This document shows, one piece after another, positions 1-9,398 of a DNA stretch of 37,837 bases. Source of the stretch: an uncultured Bacteroidales bacterium (GTDB lineage: Bacteria > Bacteroidota > Bacteroidia > Bacteroidales > Bacteroidaceae); NCBI GenBank assembly GCA_947367415.1, contig CANBEE010000001.1, positions 1-37,837 of the forward strand, in the 5' to 3' direction. Numbering within the stretch: position 1 is the first letter of the stretch; every line of letters begins with the position of its first letter. Under the pieces are notes generated by a model, which was given only the letters and a program-made list of their open reading frames with translations, had not been told where the DNA came from and did not search any database. The position numbers and the translations under genes were made by a program.

Positions 1-2
1 TG

Positions 3-344
3 TTGCTGGGCTACAGCATACTGCACGAGGAACTGATGGACGGCGGCTTCTGCCAGCTGATACAGAATGGCTACGGACCCTATATCTTCGATAACCCCTT
101 CGCCAAGGCGATGCGCCTGTGGGGATTGAAGGAGTTTTCCAAGGTTATCTACAAGGCCAAGGAGGTGTATGACGAGCATAAGGTGGATCTTACGCGCGAA
201 CGCACCGACGAGGAGTTCATGGCCATGTATGAGCAGTACCCGCAGTTTGATGACCTGGAAGACTACTTCATCGAGAACGAGGAGGAGATAACGGCCGCCA
301 TCGCCTACTATGTGGATGAGCATATTGAGGAATTCTTGATTTAA
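3..344 (+). CDS. DMP19/DUF4375-like protein, C-terminal part (5' end lies outside the window)
   Basis: The ORF is open to the window edge. The segment DGGFCQLIQNGYG resembles the NGGF core I associate with DMP19/DUF4375 proteins. The family call is from memory only. Confidence 0.45.
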   Translation: MLGYSILHEELMDGGFCQLIQNGYGPYIFDNPFAKAMRLWGLKEFSKVIYKAKEVYDEHKVDLTRERTDEEFMAMYEQYPQFDDLEDYFIENEEEITAAIAYYVDEHIEEFLI

Positions 345-353
345 TTGACAATT
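343..353. repeat. 11-nt palindrome AATTGACAATT, copy 1 (overlaps the TAA stop of the preceding ORF)
   Basis: AATTG-A-CAATT is self-complementary around its central base. The same word recurs at 431-441, 438-448 and 24299-24309. Confidence 0.7.
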
Positions 354-430
354 CCGCAGCGCAGCGAGAGCAGAGTCAAGCTTGCTTGAACTATGCCGAG
401 CCAGCAAGGAATCTTGATACGAAGTATCAT

Positions 431-449
431 AATTGACAATTGACAATTT
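431..449. repeat. AATTGACAATTGACAATTT: two overlapping copies of the AATTGACAATT palindrome (GACAATT x2)
   Basis: Read directly from the sequence. It matches 24299-24317 at 18 of 19 positions. Confidence 0.7.
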
Positions 450-504
450 ACGCCAACCTATATAAACCTTAACCCATAAACAAAAACTTATAACAATATT
501 GAAT

Positions 505-1293
505 ATGAAGAAGAAACTTTTATTTGGCCTTGCGTGTGTTACAAGTGTATTGATGACCTCCTGCTTTGAGGAGACTGGCTATAGCCAGACAATGGACTTT
601 GCACGTGTGGTAACGATTGACCGTAACAGTGCCCCCTTGCAATTGGTGGCCGATTATACGGGTGAGACTTTTAAGCTCAGCAACCTCACCTCTGTGGAGC
701 AGCTGAGCCTGTATGACCTGCAGGACACCGAGCGTGCCATTGCCAGAATTCACTTCGAGGTGGACGACTCGTACACTGCCAAGTGGACACTCTCGAGCGC
801 CGACCCCGTTAAGATTAGTCCCGTTTGGAACAAGCCGTTGCCCGAGGCGGCTTATTTTGGCCCGTTGACCGACCTCTTCCGTCTGCAGCTTGATAACTGG
901 AGCTATCCGCTCAGCTGGTTGGCTGGCAAGTATCTGAACCTTGCTCCCGTAGTGCGCTCGATGGGACGTGGTACCTATTATCTACAGCCTACCGAGGCTT
1001 ATGGCGATACCTTGCGCTTCGATATGTTGGCCGAGTATATCCCTGCCACGACGAGTGCCGATGTGGTTGACTTCATCAACTTTGACCTCAGCACACTGGC
1101 CGATACGGCGAATGCCGATGCCAAGACTACGGTTGCCGTGCGCGACATGCTGGGCACTATTGCTGCCAATGACTCGGTAATGGTGATGGTGGTGGCAAAC
1201 TACCGCACTAAGGGTCATCTGGGCACCGACACTGTCGTGAAGTGGCCCTCGTATGCAGGCTACTCCAAGGTGCTGAAGTCGCTCGTGAAGTAA
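505..1293 (+). CDS. putative lipoprotein of unknown function (possibly NigD-like, a weak call)
   Basis: The ATG is at 505; the track start at 499 is a TTG two codons upstream. MKKKLLFGLACVTSVLMTSC is a lipoprotein signal with a lipobox Cys. No catalytic motifs were recognised. Confidence 0.7.
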   Translation: MKKKLLFGLACVTSVLMTSCFEETGYSQTMDFARVVTIDRNSAPLQLVADYTGETFKLSNLTSVEQLSLYDLQDTERAIARIHFEVDDSYTAKWTLSSADPVKISPVWNKPLPEAAYFGPLTDLFRLQLDNWSYPLSWLAGKYLNLAPVVRSMGRGTYYLQPTEAYGDTLRFDMLAEYIPATTSADVVDFINFDLSTLADTANADAKTTVAVRDMLGTIAANDSVMVMVVANYRTKGHLGTDTVVKWPSYAGYSKVLKSLVK

Positions 1294-1320
1294 TGACAAC
1301 ACATACTCTCACCCCATACG

Positions 1321-1893
1321 ATGAACTATAAAGAGCTCTTCACACGGCTTTATGCCCTGTTGACCAGTCCCAAGAGGGCGTGGACGGAGATTACCGTCGA
1401 GTCGCCCCGACGCGATGTGATGGCCACGTTCGTGTATCCGCTCATAGCCTTGGAGGGGGTGGTGGTGCTGCTGAGCACGTTTGTCCACGAGGGCCTCAAG
1501 CGCGAGGTATACCAGCCGGCCCTGATGGAGATGCTCAGCTGCTGCATCGCCCTGTTTGGTGGGTTTTTCCTCGCATCCTATCTGCTCGATATGCTCTCGC
1601 AGAAGTACCTGGGCAGGAATGCCGACATGCCGCTAGCGCAACTCTTCGTGGGCTATGCCATGGGAGCTGTGTTCGTGGCCGATGTGCTGGTGGTGCTGTT
1701 TCCCCAGTTCTTCATCTTCAAGTGGGTGCTCCTCTTCTATGTGTGCTACATCGTGTGGGAGGGTAGCGAAGTTATCTGGGGCGTCGATGAGGACAAGCGT
1801 CTCGTCTTTATGGCAATTGCCTCAGCGGCCATCGTCTTCTCGCCTGTAATCATCCGAATGGTGTTCAATACATTATCAAATCTGTTAGGCTGA
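1321..1893 (+). CDS. Yip1-family integral membrane protein
   Basis: The 190 aa product has a short soluble N-terminus followed by about five hydrophobic helices, as in Bacteroidales Yip1/DUF1282 proteins. Its stop overlaps the smpB start (TGATG). Confidence 0.6.
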   Translation: MNYKELFTRLYALLTSPKRAWTEITVESPRRDVMATFVYPLIALEGVVVLLSTFVHEGLKREVYQPALMEMLSCCIALFGGFFLASYLLDMLSQKYLGRNADMPLAQLFVGYAMGAVFVADVLVVLFPQFFIFKWVLLFYVCYIVWEGSEVIWGVDEDKRLVFMAIASAAIVFSPVIIRMVFNTLSNLLG

Positions 1894-2357
1894 TGGAAAA
1901 GAAAAAACATACAGCTCCTATCAATATAAAGAACAAAAAGGCGTCGTTCGACTATGAGTTTATCGACACCTACACCGCCGGCATCGTGCTCACGGGTACG
2001 GAGATAAAGTCCATACGCATGGGCAAGGCTAGCCTGGTGGATACCTACTGCTACTTCATCAACGGGGAGCTGTGGGTGAAGAACATGCATATATCGGAGT
2101 ACTTCTACGGCTCGTACAACAACCACAACGCCCGTCGCGAGCGTAAGTTGCTGCTGAGCAAGAAGGAACTGCGCAACCTGCAGAACGAGGAGAAGAACCC
2201 TGGATTCACTATCGTGCCCACACGCCTCTACATTAACGAGAAGGGGCTGGCCAAGCTCGTTATCGCCCTGGCCAAAGGTAAGAAGCAGTACGACAAGCGC
2301 CAGTCGCTCAAGGAGAAGGACGACCGCCGCGAGATGGACCGCTTGTTTAAAAGATAA
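1893..2357 (+). CDS. smpB: SsrA-binding protein SmpB
   Basis: The 154 aa product carries [27 protein letters not shown] and RERKLLL, plus a basic C-terminal tail typical of SmpB. Confidence 0.92.
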   Translation: MEKKKHTAPINIKNKKASFDYEFIDTYTAGIVLTGTEIKSIRMGKASLVDTYCYFINGELWVKNMHISEYFYGSYNNHNARRERKLLLSKKELRNLQNEEKNPGFTIVPTRLYINEKGLAKLVIALAKGKKQYDKRQSLKEKDDRREMDRLFKR

Positions 2358-2360
2358 TCT

Positions 2361-2429
2361 TAGGCTGTCATAGGAATTCCTGGGATGCCCTAGGATTTCC
2401 TAGGAATCCTATAAAGCCCTAGAAAACGA
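2361..2429. repeat. degenerate tandem repeat, seven units of ~10 bp (TAGGAWTYCC)
   Basis: Units: TAGGCTGTCA TAGGAATTCC TGGGATGCCC TAGGATTTCC TAGGAATCC TATAAAGCCC TAGAAAACGA. The array starts 4 nt after the smpB stop. Confidence 0.85.
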
Positions 2430-2435
2430 CACTTC

Positions 2436-3371
2436 ATGGCAATCAACCAACTCTTTCACCGCCTCTTCAAGTGTGTGCGCCTGGCTCTGCCGCGCTCGCT
2501 CAGCATCTGTCTGTGGCTGCTCAAGGTGATGCTGCCCATCTCGCTGGCTGTGCGGGTGTTGCAGTATGTGGGTGTCATCGACTGGCTGGCAGGTTATCTG
2601 TCGTCCGTGTTCTCCTATATCGGGCTTTCGGGCGACTCGGCATTCGTGTTTCTCACCAGCATCTTCCTGCCGCTCTATCCTACGATAGCGGTGATGACCA
2701 CGCTTACGCTCACCCTGCGCGAGGCTACCATCCTGGCGGTGATGTGCCTCATCTCGCACAACCTGCCCGTGGAGTGCTCCGTGGCACATAAGACCGGCTC
2801 GCGCTTTGGCGAGATTGTGGCTTTCCGCATCGTGATGTCGTTTGTGGCGGCTGTGGTGCTCAACTGGCTGTTGCCGCAGAGCGATGCCCCCTTCTGTTTC
2901 TTCCTCGCTTCTGCCACGGCGGAGGTCACCTCGTGGGGGATGCTCCTGACGCAATGGCTCACCTCATCGCTCTCGCTCATCGTCACCATCGTGCTTATCG
3001 TGACAGCCCTGATGGTGCTGCAGCGTGTGCTCGAGGAGTTTGGTTGGATGCACCGCATAGCCCACTCTCTGTCGCCGTTGATGCGCCTCTTCGGACTCCC
3101 CTCGGGCTGCTCCCTGCTGTGGCTTACGGGCAACGTGGTGGGCATGGCCTATGGTGCTGCCATCATGATCGATGAGGTGGAGGAGGGTAGGCTCACGCGC
3201 GAGGAGGCCAACCTGGTGAACCATCACCTCGGTGTGTCGCACTCGCTGCTTGAGGACACCATGCTCTTCGTGGCCATGGGCATCAGCTTCTGGTGGATAT
3301 GCCTTACCCGCCTGGTGCTGGCTATGATAGCGGTGTGGACGATGCGGCTTTGGTGCATGATTCGCGGTTGA
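2436..3371 (+). CDS. nucleoside-recognition (Gate) domain membrane protein
   Basis: The 311 aa polytopic membrane protein has a pattern resembling the FeoB-type Gate/nucleoside-recognition domain. The family call is from memory. Confidence 0.6.
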   Translation: MAINQLFHRLFKCVRLALPRSLSICLWLLKVMLPISLAVRVLQYVGVIDWLAGYLSSVFSYIGLSGDSAFVFLTSIFLPLYPTIAVMTTLTLTLREATILAVMCLISHNLPVECSVAHKTGSRFGEIVAFRIVMSFVAAVVLNWLLPQSDAPFCFFLASATAEVTSWGMLLTQWLTSSLSLIVTIVLIVTALMVLQRVLEEFGWMHRIAHSLSPLMRLFGLPSGCSLLWLTGNVVGMAYGAAIMIDEVEEGRLTREEANLVNHHLGVSHSLLEDTMLFVAMGISFWWICLTRLVLAMIAVWTMRLWCMIRG

Positions 3372-3372
3372 T

Positions 3373-3472
3373 GGTCAACAATCGACGGTCAACAGACAAC
3401 GGTCAACAGACAACAGTCAACATACTCATCAACCATCATCCCTCAACCATCACCCATCAACCCTCAACCCTT
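3373..3472. repeat. degenerate tandem repeat, seven units of ~14 bp (GGTCAACAGACAAC decaying to CAACCATCAYCCNT)
   Basis: Units: GGTCAACAATCGAC GGTCAACAGACAAC GGTCAACAGACAAC AGTCAACATACTCAT CAACCATCATCCCT CAACCATCACCCAT CAACCCTCAACCCTT. The array fills the whole convergent spacer and runs into the last codons of gadC. Confidence 0.85.
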
Positions 3473-4921
3473 ATCCTCCCAATGGAAAGGCTCGAAATTG
3501 GTGTCAGCATCTTTCCACGAGGGTTTGCGCATAGCATAGATGATGAGTGGAGCAGCTACCACCACCACACATCCGATGACGAGCACGGCATACCACATGG
3601 TCTTGCTACCCACGGCAATCTGACCGGGAGGAATGAAGCTGAGGATAAAGGCTAAGAGCGAACCGAGGAAGCCTACACCACCCACAATCCACATCAGACC
3701 GTTGCCCTTCGAACCGATGCGGAAAGGACGGTTGGCTTTCTTCATGCTGTAGCGCAGATAGATGGCGGCGGCAAACATCAGCAGGTACATGATGAGGTAG
3801 AGCAGCACGGTCAGCTGCGAGAGTATCTGGTAGAAGCTCTGCACCGAAGGCATCACCACGAACAGCAGTCCCAAGAGGGTGACTATACCGCCCTGGATGA
3901 GCAGGATGTTGCGCTGCACACCCAGCTTGTTGGTCTTCTGGAAGAAGGGAGGCAAGTAGCCCGCACGGCCTACGGCAAAGATACCCTTCGAGGGACCCGA
4001 CACCCAGGTGAGCACACCGGCCAGCACGCCGAAGGCAAGGGCCACGGCAATCACGGGCGACAGCCACGAGGCACGGATATAGGCAAAGTAGCGGTCGAAG
4101 CCCACAAGCAGGCTCTGCGTGAGGTTGATATCGTCCTTCGGGATGATGATGCCCAACGAGTAGGTACCCAGAACAAAGATGAGCACTGTCACGAACGAAC
4201 CGATGAACACGGCCTTCGGGTAGTTGCGCGAGGGATTGTCCACATCTTTCACGTGGATACCGCCCATCTCCATACCGGCATAGAAGAGGAAGATGCTCGA
4301 TGCCAGCACGAGGTTGTTGAAGTTGCTGAGGTCGGGGAAGAAGCTGCTGTGGAAGTCGAGCTGCGAATGTCCGCCCGTAGCCAAGTACATGACGGCCAGC
4401 ACCACCAGCAGGCCAGCCGGGATGATAGTACCCACCAAGCCTCCAATCTTCGACACCTTGCCCACCCATGACATGCCTTTAAGCGAGATGAAGGTAGCCA
4501 GCCAATAGATGGCCAGCACCACCACAAGGGTGTAGATGCGGTTTGAGGCCAATGCCATATCGTGCGCCCCGTTCATCCCGATAAAGGCGAGCGACACGGC
4601 GCCAAAGGTCAGCACCGTAGGGTACCAGATGGTGCTCTCTACCCACTGCAGCCAGATGGCGAGAAAGCCCATACGCTTGCCGAAGGCTTCGCCTACCCAG
4701 CGGAACACACCGCCCTGCTTGTCGGAGAACATCGCCGCCAGCTCAGCCGCCACGAGAGCCGTGGGGATGAGGAACACGATGGCCGCAAAGAGATAATAGA
4801 ATGCCGAGCTCATGCCATATTCGGCCTCGGCAGGAAGTCCGCGCAACGACACTACAGCCGTCACGTTCATGATAGCGAGTGTAGCCACACTCAGCTTGGT
4901 TGCTTTACCTATAGTTGCCAT
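3464..4921 (-). CDS. gadC: APC-family amino acid permease, probable glutamate:GABA antiporter
   Basis: The 485 aa product has about 12 TM helices and an APC-type N-terminus (ATLAIMNVTAVVSLRGLP). It lies divergent to glutamate decarboxylase, the classical gadC/gadB pairing. Confidence 0.8.
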   Translation of the reverse strand: MATIGKATKLSVATLAIMNVTAVVSLRGLPAEAEYGMSSAFYYLFAAIVFLIPTALVAAELAAMFSDKQGGVFRWVGEAFGKRMGFLAIWLQWVESTIWYPTVLTFGAVSLAFIGMNGAHDMALASNRIYTLVVVLAIYWLATFISLKGMSWVGKVSKIGGLVGTIIPAGLLVVLAVMYLATGGHSQLDFHSSFFPDLSNFNNLVLASSIFLFYAGMEMGGIHVKDVDNPSRNYPKAVFIGSFVTVLIFVLGTYSLGIIIPKDDINLTQSLLVGFDRYFAYIRASWLSPVIAVALAFGVLAGVLTWVSGPSKGIFAVGRAGYLPPFFQKTNKLGVQRNILLIQGGIVTLLGLLFVVMPSVQSFYQILSQLTVLLYLIMYLLMFAAAIYLRYSMKKANRPFRIGSKGNGLMWIVGGVGFLGSLLAFILSFIPPGQIAVGSKTMWYAVLVIGCVVVVAAPLIIYAMRKPSWKDADTNFEPFHWEDKG

Positions 4922-4985
4922 AGTTGTTAGGTTTTTAAGATTCTGAGGGGTATAACAATGGTTTAGGGTGTTTGGTTTAGAGTAT

Positions 4986-5104
4986 GCAGCTCCGCTGCTG
5001 CTTAATCATCGCTTCGCGATTTGTTAATATGCCTACGGCAAGGTTAAAGTGCCTGCGGCACGGTGAAAGTAACCTTTGGTTACGGTTAATCGCAGCTCTG
5101 CTGC
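4986..5104 (-). repeat. array of six 11-15 nt mini-hairpins (4-6 bp stems, 3-nt loops) spaced 19-23 nt apart by GGTTAA-like linkers
   Basis: Palindromes on the plus strand: gcagcTCCgctgc 4986, atcgcTTCgcgat 5008, tgccTACggca 5030, gtgccTGCggcac 5049, gtaaccTTTggttac 5069 and gcagcTCTgctgc 5092. The strand is assigned to the gadC sense because the loops then read GGA/GAA/GTA/GCA. Confidence 0.8.
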
Positions 5105-5122
5105 TAGTCAACGTTAATGTCA

Positions 5123-5150
5123 TCGTTCCTCGTTTCTCGTTCCACGTTTA
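5123..5150. repeat. four tandem heptamers: TCGTTCC TCGTTTC TCGTTCC ACGTTTA
   Basis: Read directly. The heptamers lie between the hairpin array and the gadB start. Confidence 0.8.
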
Positions 5151-5222
5151 GAGTGTAGGGTAAACATTTTCGGTTGTAGGCTTGTTCTATGCTGAACTAA
5201 ACCAACCCTTAACAGAATATTT

Positions 5223-6644
5223 ATGGAACGTACAGATTTTAGTACCGATGTGTTTGGATCTAAGGAGATGCTGCAACCTTCTCCTGTAGACAGAATTCCC
5301 CAACAGGGCACACGCCCCGACATTGCTTATCAGATGGTGAAGGATGAGACCTTTGCGCAGACGCAGCCGCGGCTCAACCTGGCTACCTTCGTCACTACGT
5401 ACATGGATCCTTATGCTACGCGACTGATGAACGAGGCTATTGCACTCAACTATATAGATGAGACGGAGTATCCGCGTGTGGCGGTGATGTGTGCCAAGTG
5501 TATCAATATCATGGCCAACCTGTGGAACACGCCCGAAAAGGCGCAGTGGAAGACGGGCGCCCTGGCCATCGGCTCCTCTGAGGCCTGCATGCTGGGCGGT
5601 GTGGCTGCATGGCTGCGCTGGAAGGAACGTCGCGAAGCACAGGGCAAGCCTACCGACAAGCCCAACTTCATCATCTCCACAGGCTATCAGGTGGTGTGGG
5701 AGAAGTTTGCCGACCTCTGGCAGATAGAGATGCGTACCGTGCCCCTCACGCTCGACAACATCACCCTCGACCCCAAGCAGGTGATTGAACTGTGCGATGA
5801 GAACACCATTTGCGTAGTGCCCATCCAGGGCGTCACCTGGACAGGACTCAACGATGATGTGGAGGCACTCGACGCCGCACTCGACGAGTACAATGCACGT
5901 ACGGGGTACGACATTCCCATCCATGTGGATGCAGCCTCGGGCGGATTCATACTCCCCTTCCTGCAGCCCGAGAAGAAGTGGGACTTCCGTCTCAAGTGGG
6001 TGCTCTCCATCAGCACCTCGGGCCACAAATACGGCCTCGTATATCCCGGCCTCGGATGGGTGGTATGGAAAGACAAGAAGTACCTGCCGGGCAAGATGTC
6101 CTTCTCGGTCAACTACCTTGGCGCCGACATCACGCAGGTAGGACTCAACTTCTCCCGCCCCGGTGCACAGGTGCTGGGCCAGTACTATCAGTTCATCCGC
6201 CTCGGTTTCGAAGGTTACCGTCAGGTGCAGCACAACTCCATGGAGATAGCACGCTACCTCCACTCGGAGATTGGCAAGATGGCACCCTTCAAGAACTACA
6301 GTCAGGACATCGTGAACCCCCTATTTATATGGTACATGAAGGAGGACTATGCGAAGAATGCCAAGTGGACGCTCTATGACCTGCAAGACAAACTCAAACA
6401 GAGCGGATGGATGGTACCTGCCTACACCATGCCCAAGGATATCGAGGACAGCGTAGTGATGCGTATCGTGGTGCGCCAAGGCTTCAGCCGCGATATGGCC
6501 GACATGCTGCTGGGCGACATCGGAGCCGCCATCATCGACCTCGAGAAACTGGAGTACCCCACGCCTTCGCGCATCGCATGTGAGCAGAAGAAGCCGGTGA
6601 AGCCTACCATCTTTACTCATACGGGGACCAAGAAACGAACGTAG
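5223..6644 (+). CDS. gadB: glutamate decarboxylase (PLP-dependent)
   Basis: The 473 aa product contains ISTSGHKYGLVYPGLGWVVWKD, the PLP-lysine motif of GAD. The N-terminal PVDRIPQQG...PDIAYQMVKDE region is typical of bacterial GadA/B. Confidence 0.92.
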   Translation: MERTDFSTDVFGSKEMLQPSPVDRIPQQGTRPDIAYQMVKDETFAQTQPRLNLATFVTTYMDPYATRLMNEAIALNYIDETEYPRVAVMCAKCINIMANLWNTPEKAQWKTGALAIGSSEACMLGGVAAWLRWKERREAQGKPTDKPNFIISTGYQVVWEKFADLWQIEMRTVPLTLDNITLDPKQVIELCDENTICVVPIQGVTWTGLNDDVEALDAALDEYNARTGYDIPIHVDAASGGFILPFLQPEKKWDFRLKWVLSISTSGHKYGLVYPGLGWVVWKDKKYLPGKMSFSVNYLGADITQVGLNFSRPGAQVLGQYYQFIRLGFEGYRQVQHNSMEIARYLHSEIGKMAPFKNYSQDIVNPLFIWYMKEDYAKNAKWTLYDLQDKLKQSGWMVPAYTMPKDIEDSVVMRIVVRQGFSRDMADMLLGDIGAAIIDLEKLEYPTPSRIACEQKKPVKPTIFTHTGTKKRT

Positions 6645-6675
6645 GCAGGAGTCTATGTAGACCTCATGCTGCTAT

Positions 6676-6720
6676 TGCCATTCTGCATGCTCTATGGAGC
6701 TCTGAATGGCATTTGCTTTG
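6676..6720 (+). terminator. candidate intrinsic terminator after gadB
   Basis: An 8 bp stem tgccattc/gaatggca (6676-6683 and 6704-6711) contains an inner gctc/gagc stem and is followed by TTTGCTTTG. The 20 nt loop is long, so the call is tentative. Confidence 0.35.
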
Positions 6721-6794
6721 TAAATTGCGCATGCTGTATTTGTGTGTATCAAATATTTATGCGAACTTTATACTCTGTTTCCAAAAACGATATT

Positions 6795-6962
6795 ATGCAA
6801 CGATTACAAGATATCATCAAAGAGCGTGTGCTCATCCTTGACGGTGCCATGGGCACCATGATACAGCAGTGCGGACTCACTGAAGAGGACTTTCGTGGTG
6901 AACGCTTTACCCACTTGCCCGGTCTGTAGAAGGGCAACAATGACCTGCTCTGCCTCACCCGA
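6795..6962 (+). pseudogene. metH: 5' remnant of the methionine synthase gene (homocysteine S-methyltransferase domain) with an in-frame TAG at 6927
   Basis: [55 protein letters not shown] matches the MetH N-terminus as I remember it ([10 protein letters not shown]...[12 protein letters not shown]). Only about 55 codons are present. Confidence 0.7.
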
Positions 6963-7022
6963 CTGGTGCTCGCCATGATTGCCGTCTGGGCAATGCGAGG
7001 ATTGGCAATGCTCAAGCATTAA
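6951..7022 (+). pseudogene. orphan 3' end (23 codons plus stop) of a second, diverged copy of the Gate-domain membrane protein gene
   Basis: It encodes CLTRLVLAMIAVWAMRGLAMLKH*. The end of the intact gene at 3300-3371 encodes CLTRLVLAMIAVWTMRLWCMIRG*. The first 13 codons are identical in protein and differ at 7 synonymous third positions. Confidence 0.7.
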
Positions 7023-7057
7023 CGTACCGCTTCCCTGCTTCCCCTAAGAAACTGTTT

Positions 7058-7102
7058 CATAAAAACGCCCAGACAGGTATAGGTCGCTATCTCTGTCTGG
7101 GC
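7058..7102 (-). terminator. intrinsic terminator at the end of the PUL operon (after the GH97 gene)
   Basis: A perfect 10 bp stem gcccagacag/ctgtctgggc (7067-7076 and 7093-7102) has a 16 nt loop. On the minus strand it is followed by GTTTTTAT. Confidence 0.7.
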
Positions 7103-7159
7103 TCTATAATAAGATATTCCCCGTTTCTGTAGGTCTCTTATTACATTGTAATCATGTCG

Positions 7160-9382
<2,223 letters not shown>

Positions 9383-9398
9383 TTATTTCTAATTTGTT

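Noticed and set aside
3436-3446. A shared 11-mer CATCCCTCAAC between the 14 bp array and the spacer at 24341
   Set aside because: Hundreds of 11-mer matches are expected by chance in a 38 kb window counting both strands. Both regions are also compositionally C/A-rich.
3293-3655. A 120 aa ORF reading through the 14 bp tandem array (..INHHPSTITHQPSTL..)
   Set aside because: Its sequence is a translation artefact of the repeat. It overlaps the ends of two convergent, well-supported genes.
3606-4469. A 287 aa ORF in an alternative frame of gadC. Several 60-130 aa ORFs also overlap gadC on both strands.
   Set aside because: It is Arg/Pro/Gly-rich frame noise inside a clear 12-TM permease gene.
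4986-5104. Whether the hairpin array, or the arrays at 2361, 3373, 9399 or 12522, could be a miniature CRISPR array
   Set aside because: The units are only 9-22 bp with no alternation of a conserved repeat and unique 25-40 bp spacers. In the gad array the hairpin stems vary while the linkers are conserved, the opposite of the CRISPR pattern. No cas genes or leader are present in the window.
5187-6263. A 358 aa ORF antisense to gadB
   Set aside because: It lies entirely inside the well-supported glutamate decarboxylase gene. It is rich in Arg, Gly, His and Leu, has no recognisable motifs, and looks like a typical stop-free shadow frame of a GC3-rich gene.
6666-6794. The upstream part of the 87 aa track ORF preceding the MetH-like residues
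   Set aside because: The Cys/Phe-rich translation has no similarity to MetH. The MetH-like sequence starts at the ATG at 6795, so the rest is non-coding spacer read in frame.
3300-6950. The gadC-gadB islet as a mobile element
   Set aside because: I could find no integrase, transposase, terminal inverted repeats or tRNA target. The boundaries are better explained by recombination, so it is reported as a scar rather than annotated as a mobile element.
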